Shown: piece by piece, positions 38,897 to 49,256 of the stretch | How the letters are laid out: each line of letters begins with the position of its first letter | Numbering within the stretch: position 1 is the first letter of the stretch | From: Lytechinus pictus | Lineage: Eukaryota | Reading direction: 5' to 3' | NCBI RefSeq assembly: GCF_037042905.1 | Contig: NC_087263.1 | Location: 12,836,001-12,900,000, forward strand | Length of the DNA: 64,000 nucleotides | The notes under the pieces: model-generated | Databases searched by the model: none | Seen by the model: only the letters and a program-made list of their open reading frames with translations | What the model was told of the DNA's origin: nothing | Made by a program: the position numbers and the translations under genes

Positions 38897-41871
38897 GGGG
38901 GGGTCATTACGCCGCTGGCTTGCTAAGTATTCGTTTAGACCTCAAGGGATTTTTAACCCCTCCCCCACAAGCTTTACATGGAATATATGCCTGACCCCTC
39001 TGTGGTTTATGATGTATCACTCTCGCTCTTAAGAACCAACAGTAGTTTAATCAAGTTTTTTAGCATGGTTGAATGGTTGTAGATTAAAAGACTTAACAGG
39101 GAACCCAACCTTGGTCATAAAATAGTTCATGATCGGTTACTGTTAAAATACAACATTATGTTATTTCAATACTATAGTGTTAATATGATGGTCTACGGTG
39201 TATTTTTTAACACCTGAAGATGTTGTCTTCCGAGAAGACCGATCGATGTACAGTTGTTCTTAACATAGCAGTTTTTGTAATGGATTTTTCATTATTTCCA
39301 CATTAGGCCTATTTTTCTTTTAGGGGGGGGGGGGTAGCTTGACATAAATCATAGTAGGTGTTCCCCCTTTTTTTTTAGCAAGAATAATGTTTCCCGAATT
39401 TTGTTTGTCGATTTTAATTCATTGTACATTACTGTGATTTCAGTTCATTTTATTTTCTCTTATTACACTTCACTGTATTATATGACATTGTTTATTTTTT
39501 CTGTTTTATCGTATTTTTAAAAAAATCTTATTTCATTTCAGTTTTCGTTCATTTATTTATTAATGATTTCTGGTGGAAGACGACGCCCAAAATCCCAGCC
39601 GTAAGCCCATGATTTGCATTATGTGTCTAGATGATTACTAAAAATACAAACACGCATTATACTGATCACGATTATCTTAATGTTATTTTCGTACGATAAA
39701 CGAAAGGAATTAGGGTTTTTACAGTATGCATTAGTTTTACCTATTCTAAGTTACGGATCAAGGTATTGCTTGTCATTTTTATGTTTAGATATTAAGTAAT
39801 TGTAAAAATAAACATACCGTCATCCTAAAATAATCACCTCCTTGTAATCGCAGGATCACACTGATAAATGATAAATGATAAATCCATAATTTATTGTTCG
39901 AAAATAGACATGAAATGAAATACTCCGAAAATTTGCTTTGCCCAATTGATCGTGGGCCCGGCAGCCGCTGTGCAGCGCCAGATCGACGAGGCTCTATCCC
40001 TTTAATCGTTGAACGCCAAACAGGGTAGCAGCAACTCCCATCTTTTAACGTCTTTTGGTCTGACGCGGACAGGGTTTGAACCCCCAACCTCCCGGTTGTG
40101 AGACGGACGCTCTACCAACTGAGCCAACACACCGGTTACAGATTTACAACACTGCGGGTGGCATACGGGGATCTTAAAATTATCGCACGACCACCGGACG
40201 ATATGAGCGCTGCATTATTTCCTACTGCCTCTGCACGACTTTGTATTTTGCATCACTGCGATACCAAACACATGAACTCGTATTATGGTAGCAATACATC
40301 GTAATACAAGCAAACGTACGATGTATTGTGTCAAATGAAAATATAGGCATTACCCTATGTAACTGAAAATTCAGTTGTTTATTGATTTGAATTCATTATT
40401 ATTGTCATGCTGTGTCTTTATATCCATTGCATTAAGGTCAAATTATTATTCTGTAAGCTTTCTTAATTTCTCATGTTTTTGCTTGTTTCTTTCATTTCTC
40501 AACAGAGTAAACGAAGCGGGCAGATTTACGAAAGTTGTGAAACTGTTGCTGATTGGGACATAGTCGACCATGGAAGAGTAAAAAATGAAACGGTTGTCGA
40601 GCTGTTTCCCAAATCATGGTTCTTTATCAGGAAATGTGTATCAAAGGGAAGAACGTGCAATATTGGAAATGAAAATTTGTAAGTATATTTGCAATAATAG
40701 CATTTTCATTAATGCATACTAACTAAGTGATGCTCGTCCTTCGCTTGCGGAGACGACCATAACTTCACAAATTCCTATGGGTTCGAAGATGGCTGAATAG
40801 CCAAATCTTTGCCCGAGAAAGTATGTTGCAATGCGGGCAAGAAAAAGACGGCAGTTCGGCATGCACAGCGATGGCGCTTGCTCTGTCTTTTCCACGTTGG
40901 CTTTTTGTTCTCGCTTGTCCACACGCCTTGACTCATGGCCTGACACACGAGTCCTAACTATGATCTATGGTATCCATGTAATAAGGTCTGGCACAGGGGA
41001 AGGATTAAATTCCACTTCGGACAGACACTTCGTACAAACAAATGAACTCATGTGCATGCGACATTCATAGCCCCATAACAGTGGGAGGAATGAAATGAAT
41101 GAAATAAGAATAAATGATAGATACGGCTTAAATGATAACAATTGGAACATTCCCCGCTCCTTTCCTGTCAACAATTATATTTGATTGATGACACATTCAT
41201 TTTTTTTTATTATTTGATTTTTATTGAATAAAATAGTCAGAGATAGGGGATAAAAGTGGGTTATGCGAACACGTTTTTTAACACACTCTTCCATCTAAAA
41301 TGTTAGTAATCGCCTCAATATGATCATGCTTTTTTGTTTTATTGTGTGCCTTTGAATCTATCTTGAAACCATTTTTTTTATTCATTAACCTAACTTTTGG
41401 TTGAACCCATGATGTTCTGCCAACCACCCGATGTTATGCTGATAACATAGACGGTGTTGATTGGTCTGGAATCGGTTGGTTTCATTGGCTTGACGGTAGG
41501 CAAAAGACGTACTTCGGAACACTTTTCAAATTCTACTTCTCTACCAACTTCTTTAATGTATTCTTATCTTTACGGTTATGAAATTCTAAACGTTTTTCTC
41601 TCAAAATCTGTTCTCTTCAGCTGTAATTTATATTTCTTCTTCATTACGTTAACACTCACCATTTTCGATATTTGTTCTCATTACTGTCACTTCCTTTCAT
41701 CTTCTCCCCTCCCCCCACAGGTCATCTTTAGTGAGTAATACGATGTGCTTAGAACAATCGACCTGGGTTCCTGCCTATGTTAGACAAAAGGGCTACTCCT
41801 ATTACGAATGGGAATTTATTCAGGTTCCGTCGTGTTGTAGCTGTGCCGTATACGTTGCCAACTTCCTCTAA
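26531..41871 (+). CDS. Secreted neurotrophin/Spaetzle-family cystine-knot growth factor precursor, 7 coding exons, 280 aa: join(26531..26612,33258..33308,33950..34027,35448..35516,36417..36655,40506..40678,41721..41871)
   Basis: All junctions are GT-AG with polypyrimidine tracts and compatible phases (1,1,1,1,0,2); total 843 nt, open to TAA. Signal peptide MNDLRCGCISLHGAFLFAVFAVALCRA; basic prodomain; mature domain SKR|SGQIYESCETVADW...VELFPKSWFFIRKC...TC...MCLEQSTWVPAYV...YEWEFIQVPSCCSCAV follows the NGF-family cysteine/aromatic pattern. Confidence 0.85.
29790..30268. mobile_element. Degenerate TTAA-flanked MITE (Kolobok-like), intronic
   Basis: ttaaaatggaaggcaaccctg ... gatgaattttccctttaa; imperfect subterminal inverted match gaatgtttgaggaaagtcca / tggattttctcgaacattc. 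Confidence 0.5.
30330..30607 (+). mobile_element. 3' fragment of a CR1/L2-group LINE
   Basis: Translates YRFSVIPRSIVDWNDLPNPI, resembling the conserved C-terminal SFFPRTxxxWNxLP motif; ends in an (aagt)n tail. Confidence 0.6.
30621..30940 (+). mobile_element. tRNA-derived SINE, same family as 6165-6522
   Basis: gtggtgtagtggttcggattctcgccttgtaatc...gttcgaatac; colinear with the 6165 copy through gtaaagcgcttaga. Confidence 0.85.
31908..32104. mobile_element. Short CACT-ended palindromic MITE (EnSpm-like)
   Basis: cactcttaaacatgttgggcaacatactgtccac ... gtggacagtttgttggccaacatttaaagagtg. Confidence 0.7.
32490..32780. repeat. cacagtgtg-motif interspersed repeat, second copy at ~45500-45690
   Basis: acagtcacactttcgaggtgt(c/g)cacagtgtgaaa shared between 32623 and 45619. 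Confidence 0.65.
33258..33308 (+). CDS. Exon 2 (prodomain, 51 nt, phase 1-1)
   Basis: ccag|gtgaac...acagaag|gtaatt; GEQSGSYSSSKSPSITE. Confidence 0.6.
33950..34027 (+). CDS. Exon 3 (prodomain, 78 nt, phase 1-1)
   Basis: ttttctattttcag|gagtc...acagaag|gtaggc; GVDNPFPHPSSPSPRLSILTESSITE. Confidence 0.75.
35448..35516 (+). CDS. Exon 4 (prodomain, 69 nt, phase 1-1)
   Basis: cttgtag|atattc...ttagaag|gtaagt; DIQGKTRKPRCIYDNGAIRILLE. Confidence 0.65.
36417..36655 (+). CDS. Exon 5 (basic prodomain, phase 1-0)
   Basis: ttttgtcaacag|aactt...ataatg|gtacgt; ELILELFRDLDDM...VLRRRLRGF...IAFSSTKP...KLKRDSPTDLRPLSNEIM; lies within ORF 36272-36964. Confidence 0.78.
39865..40136 (-). mobile_element. tRNA-derived SINE (third family), intronic
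   Basis: - strand reads accggtgtgttggctcagttggtagagcg (A box) ... ggttcaaaccc (B box); ends in (atcattt)n. Confidence 0.8.
40506..40678 (+). CDS. Exon 6: cleavage site and first half of the cystine knot (phase 0-2)
   Basis: tttctcaacag|agt...aattt|gtaagt; SKRSGQIYESCETVADWDIVDHGRVKNETVVELFPKSWFFIRKCVSKGRTCNIGNEN. Confidence 0.88.
41721..41871 (+). CDS. Exon 7: second half of the cystine knot and stop
   Basis: ccccacag|g; LSSLVSNTMCLEQSTWVPAYVRQKGYSYYEWEFIQVPSCCSCAVYVANFL*; candidate AATAAA at 42407. Confidence 0.88.
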
Positions 41872-44011
41872 CTTCCTCTAGAATACATATTTTTAGAGAG
41901 CATTTATTTTACTATGAGTGCCGTGCCTCGATCGCAACCCGACGTGCATTCCCGTCTGTATGATCTGCAGCAGATTTTGTATAAAATCATTGCGGCGTAA
42001 GCACGGGTCGGTGCTTTTTCAAGAACTCGGAGCCAGTAGCTGCGGAAACGAGGATGGGGGAGGTGGGCTTGAGTACCCTCCACTTTTTTCCTAAACCTTG
42101 TACAAAAACGTTTAAAAAATGCCATCTGATTCCGCGGCCCCTGGGAGGAGTACGAATAGCACGAAGAGTGGTTATTGGGCATGTGGAAGTCACGCTGCGC
42201 GTGACTACATAATCACGCAAAAAATACGTGATACGCACGACAACCGTATAGCCTCTGCACCTGCTTCTGACCTCGAACTCACAATCAAATAGAGGGCGTC
42301 TTATTAACTTCATGGTTAAGATTGGAGCCGTGGCATTTACCAGGTCGGTGGCACGTCGGCTGTGCCTTACAACTGTAGCGCCCAACGTTCGACTCGAGAT
42401 GTCTCAAATAAAAATGGTCCGTGTTAACTAGCAACCACAGAGGAGACCCATAGTGTATGGCTTTGATTTGATTACGACAACGCTAGACGCATGGATCGCA
42501 GAAATGTGTTCAGTATAACGCAGGCTGTGATGCGCGTGAGAGCGAACTCAGCCAGGACACGCAAGACGGATTACGATAGTATCGCCCCAAAGACGTATCT
42601 GCGACAACACAACTTGTCTACTCTCTCACCTACATATTTCAGTACTTGGGGACGTCTCCTTTTGATGTGTTAATCAATTTGCTTGGATTTCGCGGTGACG
42701 GAAGTCTGGGACGCCTCCTGTAGCTGCATTCTCCTTTGAAACTGACGGAGACGTCGGAGAGACATCTCAACATGCTTAAGTGCGTCTCGGAAACTGGAAG
42801 CAGTCTCCGAAACCCGACCTTGAAGAAGTTTCCTCTAACTATTTTCAAAGTTCGTTCGTTTCATGAGACGCTTCGAGGACGTTTGCAGAGACGTATCTAG
42901 AACTTGCAAAATCTAGATTTGCAAGGAGGTTTCAAATCCAGTTAGATCTCTCTCTTTTTCTTTAGAAGACACTTGTTATTGACACAACCACTTTACTACT
43001 AATTCAAATTGTATGCATCTCTTTGTAGGAAATGTTGTATCTGAGAACCCAATGCTTGCCTAGGGTTTGTGAGACATAGCAATATGTGACGAATGCTATT
43101 CAATTCTTTAGTACCCAAAATGAATGAATGAATGAATAAACAAATAAACAAAGATCCACTTCGAAAATAGTTTTCCCAGAATATAAACATCCATAATTTC
43201 AAATCACTTATTCGCCATTTAAAGAACCTACGTTCATTTCCAAATGAAATGTAGGTCCCAAAATAAACAACAGGATCGTTGAGAAAAAGCAAATTAGTAA
43301 TGAATTTGATATTCTTTGCCACGTCCCTTTACGCTTGATTGGCGATTAAACCTTGGTTTTCTGCAACATTTCATTTAACCATTTACCTAACTCTTTGTGA
43401 AACACCTCCAGGTCTACTATATTATATGTTGCTATGGCTGGCAAACATCGAGTATTCTTTGAGACTACCAGTAACCTTTGTTTCAAAATGATGCATGCAT
43501 ACAAAATATTATCTTACAAATAATGTTGATGGAATTTAATTATCATTCTCTGTGAGTGTATGCGTGTATTTTCTTTAATGAGTTTTTTATTAAATGTATG
43601 ATATAACAAATTAATTTATTTATTCGTATTATAAACAAGGAGCTCAAAGGCTTATTCAGCCAATGGATGTTTTTTCGAAGCATCATATTTTTTTCGATTT
43701 TCATGTAAATATTCCTCGCTTTTGAAAATAGAAACCAAAGATTTATGGACGTAAGTTCTTTTCACACGGGACACGGGAGACGTCAAAACTGACGGCGACA
43801 CACGTGAAATAAAAATGGATTATTTTCTATTTGAAAATAACATTTTTTGGTTTGAAGATCCGAGAGCTGTGCCTAAAGTTTTCGAACGAATTTTATGGTC
43901 CAATACATGTTTAAAACTGTGATTGTTTGATGGTTCATTTATGGTAACGTCTGGAACAGTTATATGACTAGATCTGTGTCCTAGGGCATAAGTGTTGATT
44001 ATATAGTTCAT

Positions 44012-44205
44012 CATATTGGCGGCGGGGGGAGACCACCAAAAAAATTTGACAAGCAAAAAAAAAAAAGGTTATCAACCAAAATTTTAGGGGGGACCAACAA
44101 AAAATTTTGACAAGCAAAAAAAATATCAACTTAAAATTTAGGGGGGATCGTCCTTAGGGGGACAGGTCCCCCCGTCCCCCCCCCCCCCCGCTTCCGCCGC
44201 CTATG
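44012..44205. mobile_element. hAT-type MITE
   Basis: catattggcggcgg ... ccgccgcctatg with perfect 8-bp TSD tagttcat (44004-44011, 44206-44213). Confidence 0.85.
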
Positions 44206-45123
44206 TAGTTCATACATTAATAATTTTGTATTCTTAAGACGAGCTGGATTAACGTTAACATTTTGATCTTTTCGGATGTTTATTTGTCGAGGATTGTTTT
44301 GAATATATTTATGATTTATTATCCTGTCTAAAGACGCAGATTTTCGGATGTGTCTCTCCAAAAGTAGCAGGAAACAAATATTCATTATTGATAACTATAT
44401 CAGAACTTTGCATTTTCATGTCGACTTGTAGCCACAAAATGTGCTTAACAATCTAAATGTTTAGTTATATGTAGTTAAATGAACATTCACGAATTTAGCT
44501 CATTGGGAAATAAAAGCTGAATAAGTAACTAATGTTTTGTCATCCTTCAAAAGTATATTTTATATGGTGCATTTAAATCCCATATTTGAGATACATATGT
44601 TTATATTTATAAATACACATTCGTCGAAAATTCTATTACCTCCTTTAAGAGTAAAACTGACCATTATTGCAACATATATGACACATATTTAACACTAAAC
44701 TTTATGAAAATAACAACGAACACTTTTATATAAAAAAGTGTCACAGTTTGGAAATGCTAAGTATGATTATAAAGAATGTGATGACTTCATTTCGTACTTT
44801 TTAATAATGCGAATTTTTTTGGGAGATATATTCATGGGAAATATGTTGACTTTATGTTCATTTCATGTGCAAGAGGTTCAAGTGGAGCATGCATTTGAAT
44901 AGAGTCTCTTGCCTACATTCGTTTATTTCATTTTACTTTACTTGTTGATATAGCCATTGGTACGAAAATGGAACAAAGACGTACCAATCAATTTTAGTCT
45001 AGAGTCTATTTTGAAAGGTTTCTTCCTCAAAATATACATGTTATTTAATTGTCACATGATATAGATGCCCAAAAATTTCATAAATATTAGGATTTTACAG
45101 GTGAATCGGATGTAGTTTCGTAA

Positions 45124-45331
45124 AGCCATGGTTACACCGGAACCAAATCAGCCGCGAAATCATCCTAATACACGAATTCGGTTGGTTTCGGGAGTATTCC
45201 GTTCTCCCTCCGCGAATGCCAGAAATTTGGGAGGGATTCCGGAACATTCGAATCCCCCCAAAACCATCCGAATTCGGCTAAAATCGGTCCGAATTTATTC
45301 GGGAAATTTCGGTTTTGATGTAACCCTGGCT
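45124..45331. mobile_element. PIF/Harbinger-type MITE
   Basis: taa|agccatggttacac ... atgtaaccctggct|taa. Confidence 0.75.
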
Positions 45332-46325
45332 TAAAGCTTGTCGTAAGTTAAGCACGGCTTATTGCACGACCGGTGATCCTTTTGGGGGACGTATCAGCAT
45401 TCTCAGTCATATTGACTCGCACCGATTAAAGTTTAAATCCCATATTTCTCTTTCAAAATGGATGGTCCACGAGCCCGAGTGTTACTGGAAAGAGCACATT
45501 GTCTCACGGTGTGTGTCACAGTGTGGGACACAATGTGAAATCACTTTCACACTGAAAATTAGCATTTCAACAGTGTGAATCACATCTTCACATAGACGAC
45601 CATTTGCACACGCTGTGCACAGTCACACTTTCGAGGTGTGCACAGTGTGAAAACGTCTTCACACTGTTGAATTAGAGCATTTAAATGTGTGAAAAATCAA
45701 AGACGATTTGACGTGTCAAGTGTCTGAGATTCGTCTTGCGATTCGTCTTCAATACATCGGACCGTGGTTGCAGCACTTTACAGGTTGGCGCAAACTGAAC
45801 TACATGTACTTTGTTGCGATCGCATCTTAAAGTAATCGCGTCGCACAGTGTGCACTGGGTAAAGAGATGAGTTTTTGTGAAGAAATGAGTGAACATTTAG
45901 GGGTTCCCTCATGTGCACAAGATCAGGAACACCAGTCGTGCATGAAATTGAGCGTAACTTATGTTGTATGAAATACTACTCTAGTTCAAAATAAGAATTA
46001 TTTTAATAGATTCAGTCATTACATTCTTGTAGATACGATGACGTATCTGATCTCTGTTTCTACTATACGATAGAAAATGGTATATCTAAAGTGACGTCAC
46101 ACCGGGACCCTGGATAGTGCCAGCTTGCGATGAGAGGGAAATTATGCCAAATCATGGGACGATGATACGTTTTGATTTTTCTGCACACAACTTTCGATAT
46201 TTCCAATATAAAGATATACTAGAATAGGTAAAATATTGGAATCTTGTCTGGGCATACTCAAATACAAATTTCACATGAAGATGGCGCTGTTTATGTATCG
46301 ATGCATTTGCCAGTTTACATTTCTG

Positions 46326-46692
46326 GGCCGGTATTCAGTTCGATTTTTAAGCCAGTATTTTGCTTAAGTAAAGTACTTAACCATATTTGGTATTCAATTG
46401 CTCTTTCGCGGGTAAAGTATTTTACTTTATTCAATTCAGCCACCTGCCAGGCTTAAATCTGGCTTGCGTGCAGTTTACAAACGTGATATGCGCAGTCATA
46501 CATTTTTCGCAAAAATAGATACTACATTGCGCATTATTCGACTCATTCTTTAGGACGTCTCAACGGTCATTACTAAGTATTGCTTAAATTTGGCTTGATA
46601 AATTAACATAATTATGTGATCTGAATACGAGTTCAAGCATTCTGCCTAGCCAAGTAAAATACTTACAAAATCAATCCGATTGAATACCGGCC
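46326..46692. mobile_element. PIF/Harbinger-type MITE
   Basis: ctg|ggccggtattca ... tgaataccggcc|ctg (3-bp TSD). Confidence 0.82.
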
Positions 46693-47031
46693 CTGTTGAC
46701 TTACCTATGCTCATTTGAATATTTTGTATATATAAAGAGAACTCATATATTTTATGTATATATTGTAAAGACATAGACCAAGTTAATTGGATTAATGTAT
46801 GTTACCATAATGCCGTGTATTGAGTTTATAATTCAAATTCAAAAATTTATTTCAGTGTCGTGTTTTGAATATGATGACATATTTTGCACATGATTGTTTA
46901 AGGGCATATGTTGCATATGTATTTATCCATTGAAATTAATAATTTATTTAATTGATTAACAGGATTAAATACAAGATCATCAATACATTCGAAAGCCTGC
47001 ATACTGTCCTATTCTGTGTGTTTAAATCAAC

Positions 47032-47494
47032 CTTAAATCAAGGTTCCCCAGAGCTACCTACCCTTTGGAAACTTTGGTGCGGCCGATAAAATGTCTCTGC
47101 AGGAAATAGAACCCGGGCCCCGTGCTTAGAACGCCGGTGCCTTAACCAATAGACCACAAAGACGGGCTCGTGGCTAGGGCGAACCCGATCCATTTGACCG
47201 TCAGATAAACAGATTTTCGGTCCCACCAATCAAATATCCTTTGTCGGGTGTAGATAAGTATTGTAAAATGACAAACCGCCCAAATTGGGGTCGAAAATCT
47301 GTTTATCGGACGGTCAAATGGATCGGGTTCGCTCTAGCCAGTAACCCGTATCTGTAGCCGTGGTCTAGTGGGTAAGCCACCGGTGCCTCAACCGCGGTTT
47401 CCTAATCCGAGGGCCCTGGTTCGATTTTCGGTCTCAAAAGGTTTCCAAAAGGTAGCTTTGAGGAAACTTGATTTAAGCTACGCCCACCATTGTT
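47032..47494. repeat. Head-to-head pair of diverged copies of the tRNA-containing ~400-bp repeat (minus copy 47032-47280, plus copy 47288-47494, continued at 48849-48880)
   Basis: gaacccgatccatttgaccgtcagataaacagattttcg versus cgaaaatctgtttatcggacggtcaaatggatcgggttc; homologous to 54230-54520; minus-strand tRNA-like segment 47093-47163. Confidence 0.8.
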
Positions 47495-48851
47495 TGTGGC
47501 TGTGCGTCTTGTGGTTGTGGCTGTGCGTCTTACTGACCATTTTTTTGGATAATGAATTGTTTGAACATTTTTAATCTGCATATAGGAAATGTCATGGGGT
47601 AGAAACTGCTTTGGTTCGTGTATCAAATGATATTCTTTGTGCTGTTGATGACAAGAAGGCTGTTTTCCTCCTTCTGTTTGATCTTTCGTCAGCATTTGAT
47701 ACTGTTGACCATGACTTGCTATTGGATCGTTTGAAATATTGTAGCATAGGAGGAGTTGTACTTAATTGGTTTTCATCTTATCTTCATGAAAGATCACATG
47801 TTGTCAAGATTGGTGAAAATATGTCATCTCCTGTTAAACTTCCTTTCGGCGTGCCCCAAGGTTCAGTCCTCGGGCCGTTGTTTTTTGCCATCTATTCTAG
47901 TCCTCTGGCCAAAATTGCGCATAAACATGGCAAAAACAATCATATGTATGCGGATGATACACAGTTGTATGTTTCGTTTGATCCAACTGACCCTGTTAGT
48001 GAGTTGTCTGCCAGGCTTCGTTTACAAAATACAATAGATGATATGCGGTCATTATCAGTTCTAAATCACAAAGTCATTTGATTAAGGACCGCACTATACA
48101 GGTTGGGGACTCCTTGATTGAAGCCTTGTCATCAGTTCGAAATCTCGGTGTCGTATTTGACGAAAACATGTCCATGGATGCACATGTAAAGAAAATATGT
48201 CAATCAGTATACTATAATATTCATAATGTTAACAGCATCAGGAAAGTCCTTGACCATAAGTCTGCTGCTATGCTTTTACACTCATTTGTACTATCTCGAT
48301 TAGATGTTGGAAATGCTCTTCTTTTTAACATAACCTCACGCAATGTCAATAAACTTCAGTATGCTAAGAATACAGCTGCCAGAGTTTTAACCGGTACATC
48401 AAAATATGAACACATTTAACCAATTCTCCAAAAGTTACATTGGTTGCCAATCCGGAAGCGTATAGAATTTAAAATACTTCTTCTCACTTGGAAAGTGTTA
48501 AATGGTTTGGCACCAACATATCTACAAGACCTTGTCATGCCTTAATATACACCAGCTCGTAGCCTAAGATCATCACACCAGCAACTTCTTAAGACTCCCA
48601 AGACACGTGTAGCATATGGTACGCGAGCTTTCTCTGCCTCAGCCCCTTCTCTCTGGAATAATTTGCCGTTATATTTAAGAATGATACCATCACTGGAGAC
48701 CTTCAAATAAAACTGAAGTCTTATCTTTTCTAACAGTATTAGTTATTGGCACTTTGACACTCATCCAATTTTTCTTTCTTTTCTTGTGCGCCTCGGAAGA
48801 GAATATTTCTAGATAGATGGCGCTATATAAATGCCTATTATTATTATTATT
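47495..48851 (+). mobile_element. 5'-truncated, decayed L2/CR1-clade LINE (RT pseudogene)
   Basis: ETALVRVSNDIL...DLSSAFDTVDH...GVPQGSVLGP...YADDTQLY...VRNLGVVFD...SRLD...LHWLP; stops and frameshifts; 3' tail gcgctatataaatgcct(att)n. Confidence 0.92.
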
Positions 48852-48907
48852 GTTCTCTTCGTTCACCTTTTTCACAATACATATATATATATGTATATAT
48901 ATATATA

Positions 48908-49256
48908 TGTGTAAAGTTATACATGTACAACAGCTTTGGCAACTCTTTTTATTTAAATATTGTAAAGAAATGGATGAAGAGAACAATGGTAGGCGTAGCT
49001 TAAATCAAGGTTCCCCAGAGCTATCTACCCTTTGGAAAAATTGGTAATGCCGACAAAATGTCTCTGCCGGGAATCGAACCCTTGTCGGCTTGTCATTGTT
49101 CGAAACCCACCTTCACCCGACAAAGGAAATTATAATTGGTATAGTGTCGAAAATTTGTCTATCTGACGGTCAATCGGATCGGGGTCGCCCTAGCCACTAA
49201 CCCGTCTCTGTGGTCTAGTGGTTAAGGCACCGGCGTTCAAAGCTGGGGGCCCGGGT
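48908..49256. repeat. tRNA-containing repeat: inverted partial copy (48908-49081) followed by a forward partial copy (49086-49256) cut by the foldback insertion
   Basis: 48908-49081 is the reverse complement of 53991-54166; 49086-49256 is a direct match to 54230-54400. Confidence 0.88.
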
